Source of the DNA: Arcobacteraceae bacterium
Lineage (GTDB): Bacteria; Campylobacterota; Campylobacteria; Campylobacterales; Arcobacteraceae
Reading direction: 5' to 3'
NCBI GenBank assembly: GCA_963662945.1
Contig: OY759974.1
Location: 2,272,001-2,336,000, forward strand
DNA length: 64,000 nucleotides
In this document: piece after piece, positions 19,698 through 27,999 of the stretch
Layout: every line of letters starts with the position of its first letter
How positions within the stretch are numbered: position 1 is the first letter of the stretch
The notes under the pieces: generated by a model
Told to the model about the DNA's origin: nothing
The model's database searches: none
The model's input: the letters and a program-made list of their open reading frames with translations, nothing else
Position numbers and translations under genes: made by a program

Positions 19698-19713
19698 TGG
19701 AATAGATTTTGTA
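19698..19713 (+). promoter_or_regulatory. Candidate sigma54 promoter for the ferredoxin pair
   Basis: TGGAATAGATTTTGTA (GG-N10-GT; imperfect -12). Confidence 0.45.
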
Positions 19714-19727
19714 TATATCAAAAATGT

Positions 19728-19860
19728 AAATGAGTATATTGGCAAACAAATCCGCAGTTACCATATACTAAAACTAAACTTCAATATACTCATTTTACCA
19801 AACTAATTAGATAAATCTTAAAATGAATATGAAATATGATTGATTTTGAGATTTATCTAA
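19728..19860 (+). other. Structured leader or possible ncRNA with two long stems
   Basis: AAATGAGTATATTG (19728-41) pairs with CAATATACTCATTT (19782-95); TTAGATAAATCTTAAAAT (19807-24) pairs with ATTTTGAGATTTATCTAA (19843-60). Confidence 0.5.
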
Positions 19861-19881
19861 AATCAAAAACAGGAGAAAAAT

Positions 19882-20268
19882 ATGGCAGTATTAATAACAG
19901 ATGAATGTATAAATTGTGAGGCATGTGCAGGTGAGTGTCCTGTTGCAGCAATTTTAGAAGATTCTAACGAAAAAAATCCAAGTGATGATAAATTTTATGT
20001 AAAACCTGAGTCTTGTGTTGAGTGTGTAGGTCATGCTGATGCACCAAGATGTGTTGAAGCCTGTCCAACAGAAGGTGCAATCGTATGGGATATGCCATAT
20101 ACAGCAGAGTTTAACGAATACTTCAAAGAGAGAAATGAAGCTGGTATTTACAATATTAGAGAACACAAGAAAAAAGGTCTTATGCTTCCAGAAGTAAAAG
20201 CGCAACCATATATGGAAGAGATTTCAATGAGTGATAGAGAATCTCATGCAAATATAGGAGAATGGTAA
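19882..20268 (+). CDS. 2[4Fe-4S] ferredoxin with C-terminal extension, copy 1
   Basis: CxxCxxCxxxCP and CxxCx8CxxxCP motifs. Confidence 0.88.
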   Translation: MAVLITDECINCEACAGECPVAAILEDSNEKNPSDDKFYVKPESCVECVGHADAPRCVEACPTEGAIVWDMPYTAEFNEYFKERNEAGIYNIREHKKKGLMLPEVKAQPYMEEISMSDRESHANIGEW

Positions 20269-20269
20269 G

Positions 20270-20650
20270 ATGTCAGTATATATTACAGACAGTTGTATAA
20301 ACTGTGATGCATGTATAGAAGAGTGTCCAGCAACTGCGATCGTAAGTGCGGATGAATCACCATTAGCAGATGCTGAATTTACTTATGTAAAACCTGAAAA
20401 ATGTATTGAATGTGTAGATACAACAATACCAAAATGTGCTGAAGTATGTCCTACAGAAGGGTGTATTGTATGGGATATGCCTTATACTGAAGAATATGAC
20501 TCATACTATTTAGATGGACAAGAAAATGGAATCTATAGTATTAGAGTTCATAAGAAAAATGGGATTTTAAGCCCAGCAAATCAACCTCGACCTTTTAGAG
20601 AGTCTATCTCTATAGAAGACAGAGAAGCTAAAATGGCTGTAGAGGTTTAA
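20270..20650 (+). CDS. 2[4Fe-4S] ferredoxin with C-terminal extension, copy 2
   Basis: Same Cys spacing; shares YVKPE, CPTEG, VWDMPYT and GIYxIR with copy 1. Confidence 0.88.
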   Translation: MSVYITDSCINCDACIEECPATAIVSADESPLADAEFTYVKPEKCIECVDTTIPKCAEVCPTEGCIVWDMPYTEEYDSYYLDGQENGIYSIRVHKKNGILSPANQPRPFRESISIEDREAKMAVEV

Positions 20651-20662
20651 TTATAAACTTCA

Positions 20663-20688
20663 ACTAGATAGTTTTCAAACTATCTAGT
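20663..20688 (+). terminator. Hairpin after the ferredoxin pair
   Basis: ACTAGATAGTTT-TC-AAACTATCTAGT; weak U-tract. Confidence 0.6.
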
Positions 20689-20712
20689 ATAAATTCTTCC
20701 CATTATTTTTAT

Positions 20713-20729
20713 TGTATAAAATTTATTCA
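20713..20729 (+). promoter_or_regulatory. TGTATA-N5-TATTCA box upstream of the GPG phosphatase gene
   Basis: 31 bp before TGnTACACT (-10 at 20761-20766). Confidence 0.55.
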
Positions 20730-20772
20730 TGATTCTCTTGGATATGTAACTCTATTATGTTACACTTTTATC

Positions 20773-21567
20773 ATGAAAAATATAATATTTACAGATCTAG
20801 ACGGAACATTTTTAAATCATCATAACTATTCTTTTGAAGAAGCACAAGAAGCACTTGCTATTATAAAGAAAAAAAAGATACCACTTGTTTTTACTACAAG
20901 TAAAACAAAAATTGAGGTAGAACAGTTACAAAAAAAAGTTGGTATAGTTGAACCTTTTATTGTAGAAAATGGTGCAGCACTTTTTATACCTAAAAACTAT
21001 CAAAACTTAGAGTTGGACTTTTTGAAAGACTTTGAAGAGTATAAAGTTTTAATATTTGGAAAGACTTATGAACAAATTTTGAACTTTTACAATCAATACA
21101 AAGATGAGTTTGGTATGCTTGGTTTTAGTGATATGGATGAAGATGAGATTGCTAAAGTTACTGGGCTTGAAATTCAAAATGCCAAATTTGCAAAACAAAG
21201 AGAATTTACAGAACCTTTTATTTTAAAAGATATTACAAAACTAGAAAAACTCAAAAATCTAGCTTCAACTTATAAAATTAAAATCACTCAAGGTGGTAGA
21301 TTTTTTCATCTTATTGGAGAAAAACAAGATAAAGGAATAGCAGTCAAAAAAACTATAGAACTTTTTGAAAAACTTTATGATGAAAAGATACACTCTCTTG
21401 CTCTAGGTGATGGAGAAAATGATATTAAGATGTTAGAAGTTGTAGATACCCCTATAGTAATCAAAGATTATAAAAATGAATATCTTAATATAAATTTACC
21501 CAATATGCAACAATCTACTTATCAAAGTAGTCAGGGATTTAATGAGATGATTTTAAAAAATGTGTAG
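20773..21567 (+). CDS. Glucosyl/mannosyl-3-phosphoglycerate phosphatase (HAD-IIB, MpgP/GpgP family)
   Basis: FTDLDGT, TSKT, IVENGA, REFTEPF, QGGRFFH, LGDGEND. Confidence 0.88.
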   Translation: MKNIIFTDLDGTFLNHHNYSFEEAQEALAIIKKKKIPLVFTTSKTKIEVEQLQKKVGIVEPFIVENGAALFIPKNYQNLELDFLKDFEEYKVLIFGKTYEQILNFYNQYKDEFGMLGFSDMDEDEIAKVTGLEIQNAKFAKQREFTEPFILKDITKLEKLKNLASTYKIKITQGGRFFHLIGEKQDKGIAVKKTIELFEKLYDEKIHSLALGDGENDIKMLEVVDTPIVIKDYKNEYLNINLPNMQQSTYQSSQGFNEMILKNV

Positions 21568-22681
21568 AAAAGAAGAGCTAGAAAAAATCTATTTTCAAGC
21601 TGTAAAAGCAGTATTACCAAAAACGATTGTAAAAGAAAATCTACTTAAATATAAAGATAAAAAAGTCTATGTTTTTTCAATAGGAAAAGCTGGATTTGAT
21701 ATGGCAAAAGAGGCTGAGAAAGTATTGAAAAACAATATTTTAGGTGGTGTTGCTATCTCTAATAAAGAAGGTAAGTTAAAAAAGATAAAACATTTTACTT
21801 CTACACATCCACTTGTTTCTCAAAAAAGTGTTAAATCAGCTAAATTACTGCTTCAAGAGATTAAAAAACTCAAAAATACTGATAGTTTTATTTTCTTTCT
21901 AAGTGGTGGTGCTTCTGCTATGGTTGAGCTACCCAAAGATGGTATGAGTTTAAATGAATTTAAAAAAATATCTTCCAAACTTTTAACTTCTGGTATTGAT
22001 ATAAAAGAGTTAAATAAAGAGAGAAAAAAACTCTCACAAATAAAAGGTGGAAAGTTAGCAGATAAATTTAAAACCAAAAAAGGTGTTGTATTTGTTTTAA
22101 GTGATGTAATAGGGGATGATATGAACACTATAGGTTCTGCTCCTATGAATAATGGAAAGTTTACACATACACTTATAGGAAACAATACAAAAGCACTTCA
22201 AGAAGCTAAAAAATATATTTCATCTAAAGTAGAACATACAAAAATCATAACAACAACTTTGGATATGAATACTTCAGATGCTTCAAAATTTATTGAAAAA
22301 TGTATCAACAAATATGATAAACGATATAAAAGTTTTTCTTTACTTTTTGGTGGCGAAACAACTACAAAAGTAAAAGGAACTGGTAAAGGTGGAAGAAATC
22401 AAGAGTTAGCTTTAAAGCTACTAGTACAAAAAAGTATTACGAAAGATATCTCACTTTTATGTGCTGGAAGTGATGGTGGAGATGGAAACTCTGATGCTAC
22501 GGGTGCATTTGTTGATTTTGATATTTATAAAAAAATTGAACAAGAGAAGTTAAATCCAAAAGATTATTTAAAAAATAGTGATAGTAATACATTTTTTCAT
22601 AAATTAGGGTACGATTTTGTAACAGGAAAAACTGGTACAAATGTAATGGATTTTATAATAGTATTAAAAAAGCCTAATTAG
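21560..22681 (+). CDS. Glycerate kinase, class II (MOFRL/TtuD family)
   Basis: IGKAG, LSGGASA, LSDVIGD, GGETT, GGRNQE, TGTNVMD. Confidence 0.9.
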   Translation: MCRKEELEKIYFQAVKAVLPKTIVKENLLKYKDKKVYVFSIGKAGFDMAKEAEKVLKNNILGGVAISNKEGKLKKIKHFTSTHPLVSQKSVKSAKLLLQEIKKLKNTDSFIFFLSGGASAMVELPKDGMSLNEFKKISSKLLTSGIDIKELNKERKKLSQIKGGKLADKFKTKKGVVFVLSDVIGDDMNTIGSAPMNNGKFTHTLIGNNTKALQEAKKYISSKVEHTKIITTTLDMNTSDASKFIEKCINKYDKRYKSFSLLFGGETTTKVKGTGKGGRNQELALKLLVQKSITKDISLLCAGSDGGDGNSDATGAFVDFDIYKKIEQEKLNPKDYLKNSDSNTFFHKLGYDFVTGKTGTNVMDFIIVLKKPN

Positions 22682-22718
22682 TTTTTCTTGCATAATTATT
22701 ACAAGTTGATTACTGAAA

Positions 22719-22735
22719 TGTGTAGATTTTATACA
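22719..22735 (+). promoter_or_regulatory. TGTGTA-N5-TATACA box upstream of the GPG synthase gene
   Basis: 32 bp before TGnTATAAT (-10 at 22768-22773). Confidence 0.55.
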
Positions 22736-22805
22736 TCTCTTCTATTTTCTATAGAGGTTAATGTTGTTATAATCTATACATAAAAAAATGTAAGGTGAAT
22801 ATATT

Positions 22806-24029
22806 ATGGCAGATTTTTTTCAAAACGGTAGTATAACTACATTACAAAATGTTTCTAATTTAAATTTAGAAAGTATGGAAAAAGAATTAGAAAAGTTTAG
22901 TAAAAGAAGAAATATGGTTCTTCTTTTACCAGCTCTTTATAGTGAGTTTGAAACGCCAGCTATGAAGAAAATACTTCAAGAACTCAAAGGTGTAAAATAT
23001 CTTTATAAGATTATCTTAGGTTTAGACAGAGCTACAAAAAAACAATTTGAAGATGTTAAAAAAATTATGGCAACTTTGGGTGTGAAAGTAGATGTTTTGT
23101 GGAATGATGGTCCACAAATGAAAGCAATGTATAAAAAGTTTGATGATAATGACTTTAGAAGTACTAATATAAAAGGAAAAGGTAGGAATGTTTGGACTAT
23201 GATAGGTTATGCCTTATCTGATCCAGATGCTTATGCTTTTGCTCTGCATGATTGTGATATTGTAAATTATACAAGAGAAATACCAGCAAGACTTTTTTAT
23301 CCTATAGTTCATCCAGCATTAGATTTTGAATTTAATAAAGGATATTATTCTAGAGTTACAGATAAGCTTCATGGAAGAGTTACACGGTTGTTTTATTCTC
23401 CTCTTATTAAAGCTTTGAAAAAAACTTATGGTACAACTGAATATCTTGATTATATGGATAGTTTTAGGTATTCACTTTCTGGAGAATTTGCATTTATACG
23501 AACACTTGCACGAGGTATAAGAATCTCTCCAACGTGGGGACTAGAAGTTTCAACATTGAGTGAAGTGTATGAAAATACTTCAGTGAGAAGAATTTGTCAA
23601 ACTGAAATTATGGAAACCTACGAACATAAACATCAAGAGTTAAAAAATATAGAACCATCAAAAGAGTTAGAAGGTGGTGTTGCAAAAATGGCTATTGATA
23701 TAGCACAAACTATGTTTAGAATTATGTCTCAGAGAGGTGTAACTTTTTCAAAGGAATCTTTAAAAACATTACGAACATCATTTTTTCAAGAGAGTCGAAG
23801 AGCTATATCAAGATATGATGCACTAGCAAAATTCAATTCACTTCATTTTGATAGAAAAAAAGAGATTGAAGCAGTTGAGACTTTTGATAAAGCATTAAAA
23901 CAAGCTTGTAAAGAGTTTTCAAAAGACCCTTTAGGTGTTCCTTCTCTTTCAGCTTGGATTAGTGTTCGTTCTGTACTTCCTGAGTTATCAGAAGAGTTTA
24001 TAAATATTGTGAATAAAGATAATAAATAA
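22806..24029 (+). CDS. gpgS: Glucosyl-3-phosphoglycerate synthase (GpgS-like glycosyltransferase)
   Basis: MADFFQNG start, GKGRNVW, HDCD, KGYYSR, GRVTRL, YSLSGE, WGLEV, YEHKHQ; gene context. Confidence 0.8.
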   Translation: MADFFQNGSITTLQNVSNLNLESMEKELEKFSKRRNMVLLLPALYSEFETPAMKKILQELKGVKYLYKIILGLDRATKKQFEDVKKIMATLGVKVDVLWNDGPQMKAMYKKFDDNDFRSTNIKGKGRNVWTMIGYALSDPDAYAFALHDCDIVNYTREIPARLFYPIVHPALDFEFNKGYYSRVTDKLHGRVTRLFYSPLIKALKKTYGTTEYLDYMDSFRYSLSGEFAFIRTLARGIRISPTWGLEVSTLSEVYENTSVRRICQTEIMETYEHKHQELKNIEPSKELEGGVAKMAIDIAQTMFRIMSQRGVTFSKESLKTLRTSFFQESRRAISRYDALAKFNSLHFDRKKEIEAVETFDKALKQACKEFSKDPLGVPSLSAWISVRSVLPELSEEFINIVNKDNK

Positions 24030-25798
24030 TGGCAACAGAAGAACACTATACTATGCACACTACAGAAGATAGAATCAAGTTTATCAAAGAGTCATTGTTT
24101 GCTATTTATAATGAACATGATGCAAAAAAAGCCTATAGTTCAATATTGTTAATGATAGAGATTTATAAGCAAAAAATAGAAAGTAAGCCTTATATACTTA
24201 GTCAAAAAGATGTTATCTTAATCACTTATGGAGATCAAATATTTCACGAAGGTGAAACAGCACTTGCTACACTGAATAGATTTTTAAACGAGTATGTACA
24301 AGATTGTATCAATACAGTACATATTCTCCCTTTTTACCCTTACTCTTCAGATGATGGTTTTTCTATTGTAAACTATAAAGGGGTTTGTCCATTAAAAGGT
24401 TCATGGAAAGATATTAAAAAACTCTCTGAAAACCATAGATTAATGTTTGATGGTGTTATAAATCATGTAAGTCATCTCAGTCGTTGGTTTAATCATTATT
24501 TAGAAAATGATCCAGAATTTGCAGAATTTTTTATAGATTTAGATCCTCTTACAGATTTAAGCAATGTTGTAAGACCAAGAACATCTCCTCTTTTAACAGA
24601 GTTTACAGATATTGAAGGAAAAATTCGACATATCTGGACCACGTTTAGTAATGATCAGGTGGATTTAAATTACGCAAATTATAAAGTACTTTTAAAAGTT
24701 TTAGATGTATTGTTATTTTATGTGGAACATGGTGCAACTCTTTTACGACTTGATGCTATTGCTTTTATTTGGAAAGAGATAGGAAGTAGTTGTGTTCATC
24801 TTCCTCAAACACATGAATTGATTCAATTAATGCGTCAAGTAATTCATGAAGTTGCACCTGAAGTTTTTATTATCACTGAAACAAATGTACCTCATGATGA
24901 AAATATCTCTTATTTTGGAGAAGGTGATGATGAAGCGCAGATGGTTTATAATTTTGCTTTACCTCCGCTTTTAGCTTTTTCTGTGTTAAAAGGTGATACT
25001 ACAAAACTTACTGCATGGGCAAAAACTTTAACACTTCCTAGTGATAAGGTGTGTTTTTTCAACTTTACGGCAAGTCATGATGGAGTAGGGGTTCGAGCTG
25101 TTAATGATATTCTTGATGATGAAGAGTTAAACTTTTTAGTAAAATCTTGTGAAAACCATGGTGGATTAGTTTCTTATCGTGCTGTAGGTGATGAAGAAAA
25201 ATCACCGTATGAATTAAACTGTAGTTATATTGATATTTTAACTGACCCAAAAGAGAGTATTGCTTTACGAATAAAAAGAATGCTTCTATCTCAAGCAGTT
25301 GTACTTTCAATGCCAGGAGTTCCTGGGATTTATTTCCATTCTTTGGTTGGTTCAGAAAGTTATCATGAAGCCGTACGAAAAACAAGAAGAAATAGGGCAA
25401 TTAATCGAGAGAAATTAAATTTTGATAATATTAAAGAACAATTAGAAGAAGATGGGAGCTTAAGAAAGTTACTTTTTAAGAAATATAAACAACTTATCTC
25501 TATAAGAATTAATGAAGCAGCTTTTAATCCTTTCTCAAAATTTGAGTTTTTAGATTTTGGAAAAGACATCTTTGCCATAAGACAATATGCTGAAGATGAA
25601 GATGAGTCGATCTTAGCATTACATAACTTTGCGAATCATGAAGTAGAAGTTGATTTAAGACAAGTTACTTCTGAGATATTAATAGATATAATTGCACACA
25701 ATATTGGTATTAAAAATAAAGTTATTATGCAACCGTACGATGTATTATGGTTGAAAAAAGATAAAAAAGAAAAACAGAATCAGAAGGAGAAAAAATGA
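24029..25798 (+). CDS. GH13_18 sugar phosphorylase, probably glucosylglycerate phosphorylase
   Basis: LITYGD, SSDDGF, WTTFS.DQ.DLN, RLDA nucleophile, ITETN, ASHDG, PYELN loop. Confidence 0.8.
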   Translation: MATEEHYTMHTTEDRIKFIKESLFAIYNEHDAKKAYSSILLMIEIYKQKIESKPYILSQKDVILITYGDQIFHEGETALATLNRFLNEYVQDCINTVHILPFYPYSSDDGFSIVNYKGVCPLKGSWKDIKKLSENHRLMFDGVINHVSHLSRWFNHYLENDPEFAEFFIDLDPLTDLSNVVRPRTSPLLTEFTDIEGKIRHIWTTFSNDQVDLNYANYKVLLKVLDVLLFYVEHGATLLRLDAIAFIWKEIGSSCVHLPQTHELIQLMRQVIHEVAPEVFIITETNVPHDENISYFGEGDDEAQMVYNFALPPLLAFSVLKGDTTKLTAWAKTLTLPSDKVCFFNFTASHDGVGVRAVNDILDDEELNFLVKSCENHGGLVSYRAVGDEEKSPYELNCSYIDILTDPKESIALRIKRMLLSQAVVLSMPGVPGIYFHSLVGSESYHEAVRKTRRNRAINREKLNFDNIKEQLEEDGSLRKLLFKKYKQLISIRINEAAFNPFSKFEFLDFGKDIFAIRQYAEDEDESILALHNFANHEVEVDLRQVTSEILIDIIAHNIGIKNKVIMQPYDVLWLKKDKKEKQNQKEKK

Positions 25799-26634
25799 TC
25801 AAAAAATGTTTATTTCCAGCAGCAGGATATGGTACAAGATTTTTACCAGCAACAAAAGCTATGCCTAAAGAGATGTTGCCTATCTTAACAAAGCCACTTA
25901 TTCAATATGGAGTTGAAGAGGCTATGGAAGCTGGATGTGATGTTATGGCTATTATTACAGGACGTGGTAAGAGAGCTATTACTGATCATTTTGATATCTC
26001 TTATGAATTAGAACATCAAATAAAAGGGAGTTCTAAAGAAGAGCTTCTGGGTGATATTAGAAATATTATGGATAAGTGTACTTTTACCTATACGAGACAA
26101 AATGAGATGAGAGGTTTAGGTGATGCTATTTATAAAGGAAATGTACTTGTAGGATTTCAAAATCCATTTGCTGTTATCCTTGCTGATGACCTTTGTGTTA
26201 ATCCTGATGGTGATGGAATATTAAAACAGATGGTTGATTTGCATTATAAATACAAATGTTGTGTAGTAGCAACTATGGAGGTACCAAACGAAGATGTTCA
26301 TAAATATGGTGTAATTGAGGGTAAAGAGATTGAAGAGGGTGTTTATATGGTTTCAAATATGGTTGAAAAACCAGACAATGATAAGGCACCTTCTAATTTA
26401 GCTGTTATTGGAAGATATATTTTAACTCCAGATATTTTTGATATGATTAAAAATGTAAAGCCTGGTAAAAATGGCGAGATTCAAATTACAGATGCTTTAT
26501 GTGAACAAGCGAAAAAGGGGATGGTAATAGCATACAAATTTAAAGGGAAAAGGTTTGATTGTGGAAGTGTTGATGGTTTTGTAGAAGCTACAAACTATTT
26601 TTATAATAAATTAAATACAAAAGAGAAAAAGTAG
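25795..26634 (+). CDS. galU: UTP-glucose-1-phosphate uridylyltransferase
   Basis: PAAGYGTRFLPATKAMPKEMLP, VEKP, GEIQITD. Confidence 0.95.
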   Translation: MIKKCLFPAAGYGTRFLPATKAMPKEMLPILTKPLIQYGVEEAMEAGCDVMAIITGRGKRAITDHFDISYELEHQIKGSSKEELLGDIRNIMDKCTFTYTRQNEMRGLGDAIYKGNVLVGFQNPFAVILADDLCVNPDGDGILKQMVDLHYKYKCCVVATMEVPNEDVHKYGVIEGKEIEEGVYMVSNMVEKPDNDKAPSNLAVIGRYILTPDIFDMIKNVKPGKNGEIQITDALCEQAKKGMVIAYKFKGKRFDCGSVDGFVEATNYFYNKLNTKEKK

Positions 26635-26640
26635 TATATT

Positions 26641-27897
26641 ATGATTCAATTTAAACAAAATTTCAAACAAGAACTTGGGAAAAAAGAGAAACAACGAATC
26701 GAAGAAGTTTTTCATACGTTAGAAGAAGAAAAAAACTCTGGAAGAGTTGGTTATTATAAATTGTATGAAACATCAAAAACTATTCTAAAAGAGATTAAAG
26801 AATATAAAAAGAATAGTAAGGCTTTAAAAAATAAAAAAATAAAAAACATTGTAGTTATAGGTATTGGTGGTTCTAGTTTAGGAACAAAAGCTGTATATGA
26901 ACTATTGAAACTGAAACAAAAATCTTCAATAGATATAACTTTTTTAGAAAATGTTGATCCTTTAGATATAGCTTCAAAAACAAAAAATTTAAAGAAAACA
27001 GATTCTATTTTTATCATCATATCAAAATCAGGTTCTACAATAGAAACTACTTCTATTTTTAAATATATACTTGAAAAATTTAAATTAGATTTGAAAAAAG
27101 ATAACAATAAAATAATAGCTATAACAGATAAAGATTCAAGTCTTTCAAAATTGGCTTTTAAAAATAATATACCACAATTTAATATACCACTAAATGTTGG
27201 AGGAAGATTTTCTGTATTAAGTGCAGTTGGTGTTGTTCCTTTAACACTTGCAGGGTATAAAGTGGAAAAAATTTTAGAAGGTTCTCAAGATTTTATTGAA
27301 TCATTTTTTAATAAAAATGAAAATCATATACTTGAAAAAGGATATTTTTATTTTAAAAATAAAGAGAAATATTGTATTAATACTTTATTTAGTTATTGTA
27401 CATATTTTTCATATTTTAATGATTGGTATGTACAACTTTGGGGAGAAAGTTTAGGAAAAATAGATAGTTGTAATAAAAAAGTAGGACTAACTCCTGTTGG
27501 GCTTGTGGGTTCAATAGATCAACATTCATTTTTGCAGCTTATTATTCAAGGTGTAGAGAATAAGACAGTAAGTTTTATTCAAATTAAAGATTTTGAAAAA
27601 GAGTTACAAATACCAAATATGAATCTAGATTTCTTAGAAAAAACAAATTATATCAATGGGCATAGTTTTGATACACTTTTAAATGCTGAGTGTAATGCTA
27701 CAATTGAGAGTTTAATTGATGAAAAAATTCCAACAGATTTAATACTTTTAGATACATTAAGTGAAAAAAATATTGGTATACTCTTGAGCTATTATGAGTT
27801 ACTTACTTCTTGTGTTGGAGCTTTTTTAGATATTAATACTTATGATCAGCCCGGAGTTGAATTTGGGAAGAAAAAACTAGTAAAAAGATTTAGTTAA
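26641..27897 (+). CDS. pgi: Glucose-6-phosphate isomerase
   Basis: GIGGSSLG, SKSGSTIET, GGRFSVLS, QLWGESLGK, DQPGVEFGK. Confidence 0.93.
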   Translation: MIQFKQNFKQELGKKEKQRIEEVFHTLEEEKNSGRVGYYKLYETSKTILKEIKEYKKNSKALKNKKIKNIVVIGIGGSSLGTKAVYELLKLKQKSSIDITFLENVDPLDIASKTKNLKKTDSIFIIISKSGSTIETTSIFKYILEKFKLDLKKDNNKIIAITDKDSSLSKLAFKNNIPQFNIPLNVGGRFSVLSAVGVVPLTLAGYKVEKILEGSQDFIESFFNKNENHILEKGYFYFKNKEKYCINTLFSYCTYFSYFNDWYVQLWGESLGKIDSCNKKVGLTPVGLVGSIDQHSFLQLIIQGVENKTVSFIQIKDFEKELQIPNMNLDFLEKTNYINGHSFDTLLNAECNATIESLIDEKIPTDLILLDTLSEKNIGILLSYYELLTSCVGAFLDINTYDQPGVEFGKKKLVKRFS

Positions 27898-27948
27898 AAT
27901 TTATAGTCATTTTCTAATTCCTAAATTTAAGTTTTAATAAAAAACTTA

Positions 27949-27964
27949 TGGAACACTTATTGAA
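27949..27964 (+). promoter_or_regulatory. sigma54-like promoter of nifB
   Basis: TGGAACACTTATTGAA (strong -24; -12 is GA instead of GC), 35 bp before the ATG. Confidence 0.6.
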
Positions 27965-27999
27965 TATACCTTCTTATATTAAATAAAAAGGATTATGAT

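Noticed and set aside
19644-19745. N-terminal 34 codons of the 199-aa track ORF
   Set aside because: Overlaps the sigma54 boxes; an SD-supported TTG at 19643 fits Tpx length better.
19740-19756. TGGCAAACAAATCCGCA as a sigma54 promoter
   Set aside because: GG-N11-GC spacing is one base too long for sigma54.
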